Below, piece by piece: positions 39,512 through 47,561 of a stretch of DNA of 64,000 nucleotides (position 1 is its first letter; each line of letters begins with the position of its first letter). The notes under the pieces are model-generated. The model worked only from the letters and a program-made list of their open reading frames with translations, ran no database searches and was not told the origin of the DNA. This DNA comes from a virus: the IMG/VR virus record IMGVR_UViG_3300022744_000020, positions 26,203-90,202 of that record; one strand, given 5' to 3'. The position numbers were made by a program, and so were the translations under genes.

Positions 39512-39540
39512 AAGAACGGTAACCCCGTTCTTTTTTATTT
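39512..39540 (+). terminator. Rho-independent terminator
   Basis: AAGAACGG-taacc-CCGTTCTT followed by T tract. Confidence 0.7.
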
Positions 39541-39575
39541 GTTCTGACTATTTTGTAGCTAAACCCCTACCCCAG

Positions 39576-40079
39576 GTGCCTGACTTTATGTTTGTCAACA
39601 TCCCACTCGCCAGAGTCACTTCTCCTTCTTCTACTCCTGAAGAAGCACCTCTAGTCAACATCACTGGAGTTATCTACGACAAAGGAAACAGATCTGTTGG
39701 GTGTAAGCTATCCTTCCCACCAATGAAGGACTATCGCAATCAATCCAAAGAATCTTCTCTGGGGGAGATTACCTCAGAGCAAGCAAGTAGGATGATCGAA
39801 AGAGGGCAAGCATTTGTCGAGATGCATCCACCGACCGATGATCGAATCTGCCGTATGGTCACCATTGATGATCGCAATGTTGCTGGTACGATGGAGAATT
39901 TCAATTTAGAAGGAGACGTACTTATCGGAGATTTCCGACCATTGAACAAGAAAGTCTGCGATTTATTTTCATCCGGCCAAGTAAGTTTTGGCATCCGCTC
40001 TTACCGTGACGAGGACAACAAACCCGTCATTGTTACCTGGGACCTTGTCCCTTCTTCCACCCAACCCAACGAGGCTTAA
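39576..40079 (+). CDS. Prohead-protease paralogue, probably catalytically inactive
   Basis: RMIERGQAFVEMHPP..RMVTIDDRNVAG..SFGIRSY..IVTWDLV aligns with RRIEDGRLFAEAGHP..RILTIEESMVAG..AFSIRSF..IITWDWV of 36762-37559. Confidence 0.75.
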   Translation: MPDFMFVNIPLARVTSPSSTPEEAPLVNITGVIYDKGNRSVGCKLSFPPMKDYRNQSKESSLGEITSEQASRMIERGQAFVEMHPPTDDRICRMVTIDDRNVAGTMENFNLEGDVLIGDFRPLNKKVCDLFSSGQVSFGIRSYRDEDNKPVIVTWDLVPSSTQPNEA

Positions 40080-40082
40080 GCC

Positions 40083-40703
40083 ATGACCCAAGATCAAATC
40101 ACCCAAGACCAAGCCACTCCCGTCACGACTGACGAGGCTGCGTCCACGAATCAAAGCAACCCCATGGAGCCGGTCTACGATCGCTACAACCGCACGATCC
40201 TGACGAACGTCAATCTGCGCCTGCCCTATGTGGATGTTGTGCTCAAGGACAAAGAAAACCCTGTCTTCCACTGCTTCCGACTGAACACGGGTCTGATCAA
40301 TTCGGTTCACAAGGACCGTGAACTGCCGGAAAAGTTCCTTACGGACGCCTCCAATCCGTCGGTCGTGATGTCGGAGTACGTTTTCAATGAATCGAACATC
40401 CTGGAGATCCTCGAGCTGGAACTGGTGGAGGGGGTTCTCGCGCCTACCGTGTATCAAGGAACGCAAGAAGTGGATCCCACTTCGGAGCTTTACGGTGCAA
40501 CCCGTCCGACCTATCCCAAGAAGGACGAAGACACATTCGGTCTGAGCCTGCTGGTCCAGATCACGATCGATCAATCCACGGGCGTGCTGGGTAGCTACAT
40601 CGATCATTTCGAGGTCAACTCGAATCGCTGGACAGTTGCTGAAGATCGCTACCAAAATCTCCAGCCGATCCAAGTGCGAATCGACTTCAGTGCCAAGCGC
40701 TGA
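40083..40703 (+). CDS. Acidic hypothetical protein (206 aa)
   Basis: 3 nt after the protease paralogue, GAGG RBS. Confidence 0.8.
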   Translation: MTQDQITQDQATPVTTDEAASTNQSNPMEPVYDRYNRTILTNVNLRLPYVDVVLKDKENPVFHCFRLNTGLINSVHKDRELPEKFLTDASNPSVVMSEYVFNESNILEILELELVEGVLAPTVYQGTQEVDPTSELYGATRPTYPKKDEDTFGLSLLVQITIDQSTGVLGSYIDHFEVNSNRWTVAEDRYQNLQPIQVRIDFSAKR

Positions 40704-40718
40704 TTTCTGAAGACAGCA

Positions 40719-40762
40719 TACGCCCCCCACCATCCCGATTTCTCGGGATGGTGGGGGGCGTA
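40719..40762. terminator. 20-bp perfect hairpin between convergent genes
   Basis: TACGCCCCCCACCATCCCGA-tttc-TCGGGATGGTGGGGGGCGTA. Confidence 0.8.
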
Positions 40763-40767
40763 CCTAT

Positions 40768-41712
40768 TTATTTGTACTTCTTCTTCGCTCGGTTCAATGC
40801 ATTGACTGCCTTGCTGAAGGTGTATTGATTCGACGACGAGACATTGATCAGCACCTTGTCCGAATTGCCGAAATGAACCGTCACGGATCCAAGACCTTCG
40901 ACAACAGCCTCGATTTCACGGACGCGCTCCGCGGGAATGACAAAACCCACGTGGCGTCCGAGGGGATAGACCATAGCCACGTCTGCTGGCGTCTCAGGGG
41001 TAGCGTCTCCGAGAGGGGCTTGTGCGGCGTCGGAAGAGGGATTATCGTGGATGATGGGCATGGCCTTACCTTTGTCTTGGGTTTCTTTGAAAAATGCCGT
41101 CAGTGTGGAAAAACTTTCAGGCGTGACTTCGAAGCCAACTTGGCCTCCGAATACTGGCTGAGTGGTGGGCTCAGGAGTTTCTTGGACTTCTCTCCACTCA
41201 GTGGTGGTGTGTATTGGACCAGCAGAGGTCCAGGTCAAGGGGATGTCGACAAACTGTGGGTCGACGATAACTTCGCTTACCTCTTTGTTCGGCGCTATGG
41301 GGAACTTCACCACGGCGGCACTTGGAGGTTCTTTGGAGTCTGACCATTCCCAGTCGATGCTGGGTATCTGATAAAACCAAATACCCTCGTTGACTACCCC
41401 ACATTGGAGATGATGCTTCTTCATCAACTTTGCGTAATGACCGACGAAAAAGTTTTTCAGCGGCACAGTAAAGTTGATCTCTAACGGAAAGCTACTGCCG
41501 TCCTTCGGTAAACGAATCGAGAAACTTTGGAGACTCATCCGAAAGTGGCAATGATGGCTCCAGAACTCTTGAACGATTTCGTACTCAGGAGAGCCAGGTT
41601 TGAGAATCGAGTCAAGCATACCATCTTGGAGGGCTTGACTGACCGGTATTTCTTTAGTGCCTGTTTTTCGGATTGCGTTGAAAAGGAATCGGGTCATGGA
41701 CATAGTGAGCAT
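40768..41712 (-). CDS. Hypothetical protein (314 aa)
   Basis: Long ORF ending at the hairpin. Confidence 0.72.
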   Translation of the reverse strand: MLTMSMTRFLFNAIRKTGTKEIPVSQALQDGMLDSILKPGSPEYEIVQEFWSHHCHFRMSLQSFSIRLPKDGSSFPLEINFTVPLKNFFVGHYAKLMKKHHLQCGVVNEGIWFYQIPSIDWEWSDSKEPPSAAVVKFPIAPNKEVSEVIVDPQFVDIPLTWTSAGPIHTTTEWREVQETPEPTTQPVFGGQVGFEVTPESFSTLTAFFKETQDKGKAMPIIHDNPSSDAAQAPLGDATPETPADVAMVYPLGRHVGFVIPAERVREIEAVVEGLGSVTVHFGNSDKVLINVSSSNQYTFSKAVNALNRAKKKYK

Positions 41713-41770
41713 CGCTTTCTTGAAAGACCACGTGTCCTAAGACACTAGATAATTTATTTAACTGCATTTT

Positions 41771-41798
41771 TTTAAAAACACATATTACTTTTTAGAAT
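41771..41798 (+). promoter_or_regulatory. Putative early (vRNAP) promoter
   Basis: TTTAAAAACACATATTACTTTTTAGAAT. Confidence 0.65.
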
Positions 41799-41825
41799 AG
41801 TCCATTTAACCGACGGAGAACACTC

Positions 41826-42512
41826 ATGGCCGACCGCCTCAATCTCAAGAAACCCCTCATCACCCCGAAGATGCTCGTCAATACCTACGAAGCCGTTTAT
41901 TCGGGAGGGGTTAAATACCCCCGTGAAGGAACGCAAGCCATCAGTCTAATCCGTCAGCTCTATGAGCTGTACGTTGGAGTGGTCGAGGTGAGGAATCACG
42001 AAATTGGAGGGGTGAAGATGAGTACCATCGAAATCCCGATTTCCAAAGCTGCGGGACACTCCAAGCCGTACCTGGAGATGCTAGTTCTCAATATGCAGCA
42101 GTCGGCAAAATGCCCGTTTTTAATTGTTAGCGACGCTGAGATGGTTTGCTTGTCTTGGCACCACACTGATTTCGAAGACGCTTCTCTGTTCCTCTCCAAG
42201 CAACTCAAACGTTTGGATTATGCCAGAGGCATTACCCAGGGAAATCGCCTTTTGATGGACGACCCCCGCGTGCAGGAAAGCGCGGAAAGAATCATTCGAG
42301 TGATCGGCTTCCCGGAAACAATTAAGATATGCTCGAGCAGTTTACTGACAGGCATCTTAATCGTTGAGTTCACCCTCTCACCGGTCAAGAACGTGCAGCG
42401 CAGTGAGTACATGCGCACTAAGGTGCGAGATGCCTTCGATGGCCACTGCAGAGATTTCAGTATTCGGAAGACTCCAGGACTCCCTTCTTTCCGCGTGGCA
42501 ATTCATCTCTGA
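41826..42512 (+). CDS. Hypothetical early protein (228 aa)
   Basis: GGAG RBS, terminator gggggc-ttcg-gccctc plus T tract downstream. Confidence 0.78.
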   Translation: MADRLNLKKPLITPKMLVNTYEAVYSGGVKYPREGTQAISLIRQLYELYVGVVEVRNHEIGGVKMSTIEIPISKAAGHSKPYLEMLVLNMQQSAKCPFLIVSDAEMVCLSWHHTDFEDASLFLSKQLKRLDYARGITQGNRLLMDDPRVQESAERIIRVIGFPETIKICSSSLLTGILIVEFTLSPVKNVQRSEYMRTKVRDAFDGHCRDFSIRKTPGLPSFRVAIHL

Positions 42513-42562
42513 GTCAGAGATGGCGGGGGGCTTCGGCCCTCTATTTTTTGTTGATTCAAAAA

Positions 42563-42590
42563 CTCTAAAAACATACATTATCGATGTAAC
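42563..42590 (+). promoter_or_regulatory. Putative early (vRNAP) promoter
   Basis: CTCTAAAAACATACATTATCGATGTAAC. Confidence 0.6.
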
Positions 42591-42665
42591 CAACAGCTTA
42601 AAAAACGAAAACACTGAGGTATTGTTTAATAGAGTATTCCCCACTCGATTCCTGCGGGAGAAATA

Positions 42666-42959
42666 ATGGCATTAACCCATGTCGTTGTTTTGCCTCCGGA
42701 TCCATCGAAAGCATGTGAGGATGAACTTGTAGCGCAACTGGCTCGTGTAGAAAGTCTTGCAAAGGACTTGCTGTTAACCGCCGGAAATCTAAAACAGATG
42801 GGGAATCTAGGTCATCCTCAAGACGCATGCTATCACGCAGGTCGTGTTAGAAGTATGGCCGATATGATCGCTATGCTCTCGACGCAACTGAAAATGATGG
42901 ACCCTACACAACAACACAAGTTTTTGGAAATAACGCTGTCACCAGAGATCCCGAAATAA
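42666..42959 (+). CDS. Hypothetical protein (97 aa), AT-richer codons
   Basis: GGGAG RBS. Confidence 0.7.
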   Translation: MALTHVVVLPPDPSKACEDELVAQLARVESLAKDLLLTAGNLKQMGNLGHPQDACYHAGRVRSMADMIAMLSTQLKMMDPTQQHKFLEITLSPEIPK

Positions 42960-43021
42960 TTTTTAATCCCCCCAAGCGCATCTTATGCGTTACCCCCACA
43001 TCAACCGTCAAAGGACGTTCC

Positions 43022-43618
43022 ATGTCTCTGAGTCTCCACAAAACCCGCTCGATGCTGAGCATGATCGGCACCTGGGCTGCGCTGACCCCCGTCGTCACCG
43101 GCCTGAGCAACACGCTGAAACTGACCCTGCCGAATGGCATCCCGATGGAAGTGACCGTGCTGCGTGCCGGTGACGTCACCAAGACCACCGTGTTCTCCTT
43201 CTCCAAGAAGGACATGACTGGCGACCACCTGCTCAGCCTGCGCAAGATCCCGGAAAACAGCCCCGCAGGGATCTATGAGACGGAAGATCGCGTCTACCTG
43301 GCCGCCGAAACCAACAACCTGGAACTCAGCCAAGCGGTTCTGGAAATGCTGATTCGCCTGCCGGCGACGGTTCACGGAACCGCGATGGCCCTGAGCGACG
43401 GCCAAGTGGTCGAGATCGCCGACTGGAAGCGCGTGAACAGCGACGCTGGCGAGATCAACTTCCGCATGGACCTGGTTCGTGCCGTCAGCGTTCAGGACAC
43501 GCTCCTGACCGTGATCTGCGAAGGTGGCATCAATCTGTCGCTGACCATGGCGCGGAAGGTGGACGCTCTGGCTGAAGCCAAGAAGATCCGTGCCGCGCTG
43601 CCGCTGACGATGCGCTGA
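43022..43618 (+). CDS. Hypothetical protein (198 aa), strong high-GC codon bias
   Basis: AAGGA RBS, followed by a 15-bp hairpin at 43648-43682. Confidence 0.82.
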   Translation: MSLSLHKTRSMLSMIGTWAALTPVVTGLSNTLKLTLPNGIPMEVTVLRAGDVTKTTVFSFSKKDMTGDHLLSLRKIPENSPAGIYETEDRVYLAAETNNLELSQAVLEMLIRLPATVHGTAMALSDGQVVEIADWKRVNSDAGEINFRMDLVRAVSVQDTLLTVICEGGINLSLTMARKVDALAEAKKIRAALPLTMR

Positions 43619-43714
43619 TTCACGATCGCGTCTGGCGATCAACCACCAATCGGGCGTTAGGGTTTTGCCCTAACGCCCGATTATTCTCACGATTTCGTAT
43701 CTAGGAGCCCTTCC

Positions 43715-44170
43715 GTGGCAACTGTTCCCCAACCCGCAGCGATCCGAAGCACCTACGAGGTCGTTACCAAGTACGGCAAAATGGTGTCAGAACCGACGGC
43801 TCCTGTGTTCGTCGGACTCAACGACATGCTCAAAGGAGCTGTTGGTAACTACGTCACCGCGGCAAGCTCCAACCAGTCGGAAGTTCTGCTGATCGTCAGC
43901 GCTGGGACCCATCCGGTTCCTGGCGCCATCGCTCAGTCGAATCAGACTCAACTGCCCTGGCAATCGATCTGTATCGACATCACAGGCATGCGACCGCACA
44001 CCTACGAAACCCCTGGCGCTTCTAGGCTCAGCGAAATGAAACTACTGCGCAATGGCCGGGAATGGCTGTGCTACTTCTGGCATCCGAAGATGACCGCTGA
44101 AGACACCTCGGGCGTTTACGCCATGCTCAAGGAACACGTGCGTCAAGCCCCGATTCGTCGGTTCTCCTGA
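43715..44170 (+). CDS. Hypothetical protein (151 aa)
   Basis: AGGAG RBS, GTG start, hairpin downstream at about 44180-44217. Confidence 0.78.
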   Translation: MATVPQPAAIRSTYEVVTKYGKMVSEPTAPVFVGLNDMLKGAVGNYVTAASSNQSEVLLIVSAGTHPVPGAIAQSNQTQLPWQSICIDITGMRPHTYETPGASRLSEMKLLRNGREWLCYFWHPKMTAEDTSGVYAMLKEHVRQAPIRRFS

Positions 44171-44274
44171 CCAGAACCCCTATCCTCTCTTGCCCAAAAA
44201 AGGCAGGGGAGGATAGGTATTTATATCGATGACCCATATTGCGTAACTGGGTTAGCTTTCAATGTGAGGAAAGA

Positions 44275-44730
44275 ATGCGACAAGATTTTGTTAAAGATGG
44301 TGGTCTGCGTTCGGTTGCAGATTTTGTTCTTGGTGTCGACACCTTTCTGATGGCGATTGCCGAATCAGACGACCACTCGGTTGTGACTCTGACGCCGAAT
44401 CCGAGTCACTACACGGTCGGAGGAACCCCGCCGTATCTGTTCATGCTTGGCTATTTTGCCAAGATCCTTCCCGTCGCGGCGGCTGCCTGCGGTTTGGATT
44501 TCCGACCGGTGGTCATCTCGGTTCGCAAGAACGATCTGGGCTTGACGGATCAGGTCAAGATGTTTGTGCCCAAGGGACTCACGCTGGCAAACGCCGACCT
44601 CATGTACCTGGGTCGGCAAATGAAGACCCTCAAAGAAGCTGCGGTGATTTTTCACCAGAACTACACCGACTACTCCTCGAATTTCCAGGCACGGGAAACC
44701 GTGCTGGCTCGTCAGGTGAAGGCTTTCTAA
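44275..44730 (+). CDS. Hypothetical protein
   Basis: GAGG RBS before ATG 44275. Confidence 0.72.
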   Translation: MRQDFVKDGGLRSVADFVLGVDTFLMAIAESDDHSVVTLTPNPSHYTVGGTPPYLFMLGYFAKILPVAAAACGLDFRPVVISVRKNDLGLTDQVKMFVPKGLTLANADLMYLGRQMKTLKEAAVIFHQNYTDYSSNFQARETVLARQVKAF

Positions 44731-44732
44731 AA

Positions 44733-44761
44733 AAACAAAGGCATATATCATTAAGTTGAAC
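44733..44761 (+). promoter_or_regulatory. Putative early (vRNAP) promoter
   Basis: AAACAAAGGCATATATCATTAAGTTGAAC. Confidence 0.55.
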
Positions 44762-44790
44762 AACCCCCCTTTTCAGAGAAACCAGAGTTC

Positions 44791-45123
44791 ATGAAATTCG
44801 ATCCAAAGCTTGTGGACATCGCCATCCTCTTTGGGGGCGTGCGAAGCAGTAAAATCGCTCTGGAGCCGCCTCCAGAGCTGAAGATGGTGGAAGCTCCACT
44901 GGTGAGCAATGAAGTCATTGTGACGCCGTTTGATGGCGTTCACTGGGTGATTGCTTGCCCTCGAGATTCCACTCTCGAAGATCTCACAGGTAAACCTGTC
45001 TACCTGTGTTCCCGGATGCTGTTGAAGAAAGCCATCAGCATCAAAGAAGCCTCCAACCCCTCGGTGGCTTCGACCGAAAACCAGCCTCGATTCGCTGGAC
45101 ACCAAATGCACCGTCGGTGCTGA
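44791..45123 (+). CDS. Hypothetical protein (110 aa)
   Basis: ORF after the promoter motif. Confidence 0.68.
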   Translation: MKFDPKLVDIAILFGGVRSSKIALEPPPELKMVEAPLVSNEVIVTPFDGVHWVIACPRDSTLEDLTGKPVYLCSRMLLKKAISIKEASNPSVASTENQPRFAGHQMHRRC

Positions 45124-45151
45124 TTCACTCCACCCTGAAGAAAGAAGAGTC

Positions 45152-45610
45152 ATGAAGAAAGATCAAGAAGTCCTCATCGCCCCGTTTCGCGCCGCCGTCA
45201 AGGACGCTGTCAAGCACAGTCCGGAAACCGGATTCGAAGTGGCACCGGGCACTTACGACAAGGCACTGGAAGCAGTCGGCCTGACGGTCGAAGCTGCCGG
45301 CAAGCTGCAGGCAGCCAACGTGCTGTTCGGCGCCGCCATCGGTGAGGAGTTCGGCGTGAAGGGCGCGCAGTTCCTGAAGGACAACCCCGACGCCAAGATG
45401 GTCGTGCTGAAGGCGAACATGGCCAACGGTCAGGCCGTCGACTGGATCATGGAACGCAGCCGTCATCGCCCCGCGACCGGCGCCGTCCCGGAAGTCACGA
45501 CCGTGGGCTACACGACTGTGAGCTTCACCAACACTGCCGGCGAAGCCGAAGGTGTGCTGAAGGCTGTCCGCAAGGCCATCATGGCCAATGCCGCCTCGCA
45601 ACTGGGCTGA
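45152..45610 (+). CDS. Hypothetical protein (152 aa), strong high-GC codon bias
   Basis: Followed by terminator agaaagggacc-atct-ggtccctttct plus T tract. Confidence 0.82.
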   Translation: MKKDQEVLIAPFRAAVKDAVKHSPETGFEVAPGTYDKALEAVGLTVEAAGKLQAANVLFGAAIGEEFGVKGAQFLKDNPDAKMVVLKANMANGQAVDWIMERSRHRPATGAVPEVTTVGYTTVSFTNTAGEAEGVLKAVRKAIMANAASQLG

Positions 45611-45674
45611 CCGAGTTCTGCTCTTTCGAGGGCAGAGAAAGGGACCATCTGGTCCCTTTCTTTTTTATTCGTTC

Positions 45675-45703
45675 AAATTAAAAACATACATTACAAATTG
45701 GAG
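45675..45703 (+). promoter_or_regulatory. Putative early (vRNAP) promoter
   Basis: AAATTAAAAACATACATTACAAATTGGAG. Confidence 0.65.
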
Positions 45704-45741
45704 TACCTCCTCATTTCCTGAAACAAAACCGGAATACGAAT

Positions 45742-46164
45742 ATGTCCATCCCTGCAAGAAACATTCCTGGCAACTTCATGCGTCGCTTTGCCGAAGGCAA
45801 GCTGACCGTCGGGGGTCAAGAGATCAAGACCATTGCAGATCTCGGTCAGCTTCTCAACCGTGGAATCATTACCCCGAATCAATGTCTGAATTATTCGGTT
45901 CAGTATTTTAAATACCTCAACGGCTTGGTGCCGGGCATGTCTGAAGATCAGCTCAGATTGACTCGCATGACTGTTGTGAAGATGTTGAAATTTCTTCGCC
46001 TTTACCTGGGCTCGTCGCACCTGTCGCTGTTTGTCGATTTGCAGCCAAGATCACTTCACGTTCAGCACTGGAGAAACTTCTTCATGTCGCTTGGCGAGCA
46101 CGACCAGTACGACCCGTACGAGCTGTGGAAGTTGATCGTGAAGAACAGTCACCATGATCACTAA
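45742..46164 (+). CDS. Hypothetical protein (140 aa)
   Basis: ORF after the promoter motif. Confidence 0.72.
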   Translation: MSIPARNIPGNFMRRFAEGKLTVGGQEIKTIADLGQLLNRGIITPNQCLNYSVQYFKYLNGLVPGMSEDQLRLTRMTVVKMLKFLRLYLGSSHLSLFVDLQPRSLHVQHWRNFFMSLGEHDQYDPYELWKLIVKNSHHDH

Positions 46165-46495
46165 CCGATTCAGTAATTGTGTTGAAGCCTATGGTTCAAG
46201 AAAACCTCTAGGGGTGAGCCTTCGATTTCAATGCGCTAGCGATGCTCTTCATGCGTTGTTCAACGACTACGTGAGAAGAGGCTGGTGGTGTGACCAGCGC
46301 GGTTGGGTGTTTGACGATCCAGACATGTCTGACGCTCACGAGCTTCGATCCGTCAAAGAAGAGTTTTTTCAAGCTGCTGACGAACTCTCAGAACTTCGGC
46401 GTCGGCACCTGCTGCGCAAATGCGGTTGGTTATTAGTAACCGATCCAAAATACGGGGTTGTTCGTCAATCCGACGGTTGCAGTTTGTACTTTTGA
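46154..46495 (+). CDS. Hypothetical protein (113 aa)
   Basis: Overlaps the upstream stop, ends before a hairpin. Confidence 0.62.
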   Translation: MITNRFSNCVEAYGSRKPLGVSLRFQCASDALHALFNDYVRRGWWCDQRGWVFDDPDMSDAHELRSVKEEFFQAADELSELRRRHLLRKCGWLLVTDPKYGVVRQSDGCSLYF

Positions 46496-46509
46496 ATGAC
46501 CGACATAAT

Positions 46510-46541
46510 ACTACCAGGGAGCCTTTCGGCTCCCTGGTAGT
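46510..46541. terminator. 14-bp hairpin between convergent genes
   Basis: ACTACCAGGGAGCC-tttc-GGCTCCCTGGTAGT. Confidence 0.75.
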
Positions 46542-46584
46542 TAGGTCTTTTTATTTTGGTAGACCAAGAACCAAATCAGCGACT

Positions 46585-47469
46585 TCAGGCGCCCGAGGTC
46601 ATGACCGTGTCAGCGCCCAGGTCTTCCATCGTGGCCTTGTAGCCGCCGGCCATGTTGTCAGCCACGAAGGCGTCAACGGCTTCGATGTGTGCCCGACGCA
46701 GGAACGGGTTGGCGTTGGCGAGCTGCATACCGTCGACCACGGTTTGAGCCATGGCGTCGATACCCAGACCGCTGACGGCCCAACCGGTCCACTCGATGTC
46801 GAACTCCTTGAGTTCGCCAGGAGCGGTCATGTCGCGGATGCCTTCGATGTCGCCCGTTCCCGTCTTGGGAGCGAAGTTCACCACGAGCCAGCTCTTGGCC
46901 ACCTTCGTGTGGGTCGGATCCAGCTCGTAGGCCAGGATCGTGCCAGCGTAGGTGTCGGCCAGTTGGTCGTCGGGCTTGTAGCCGGCGATCGTCGACAGCA
47001 TCGGAATGCCGGTATCCGGATCGGCGATCAGGTAGCGCGTGTAGTCGTCCAGGAAGTTCTGAACCGGGCGACCAGCCAGGTCCGTCACCGAGCACTTCGG
47101 CACGGTCTGTGCGCGAGTGACCTTGGTCCAGTCGTGCCACTTCTCGCCACCACCACCCACGGCGGTTTCGGCCCACTCGATGGTCAGGCCACGGTTGAAG
47201 CCTTCCCAGCGCTTGGCTTGGGTTTCGATCAGGGACTTCCACGCCGAGATCATGAACTCGGAATTGGGCATCCGATGGAATCCCGTCGGGGCTTGGAAAG
47301 CCAGAACGACGAGGTTCTTGCGAACGTATTTGGTCGCGCTGACCCATTCGTTCGCATTCGGAGCGTAGCCGTGGGTGCCACCGAACTGGAGATCCAGCGG
47401 CTTGACGTTGCGGCCTCGGGCAAAGGCTTGCGTCTTCATGACTGCATCAGCCAGTCGTGCTTGTGCCAT
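46585..47469 (-). CDS. Tail tube / major virion protein (phiKZ gp30-like, 294 aa)
   Basis: Directly downstream of the sheath, very strong codon bias, size fits the family. Confidence 0.8.
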   Translation of the reverse strand: MAQARLADAVMKTQAFARGRNVKPLDLQFGGTHGYAPNANEWVSATKYVRKNLVVLAFQAPTGFHRMPNSEFMISAWKSLIETQAKRWEGFNRGLTIEWAETAVGGGGEKWHDWTKVTRAQTVPKCSVTDLAGRPVQNFLDDYTRYLIADPDTGIPMLSTIAGYKPDDQLADTYAGTILAYELDPTHTKVAKSWLVVNFAPKTGTGDIEGIRDMTAPGELKEFDIEWTGWAVSGLGIDAMAQTVVDGMQLANANPFLRRAHIEAVDAFVADNMAGGYKATMEDLGADTVMTSGA

Positions 47470-47561
47470 ATAACACCTATGAAAAAAGAGAAGAAAAGAA
47501 AAACGTTGGAGCGAGTAGGTTTGATCATTAGCTAATCAAAGTCTACTCGCCCCTGGCGCGC

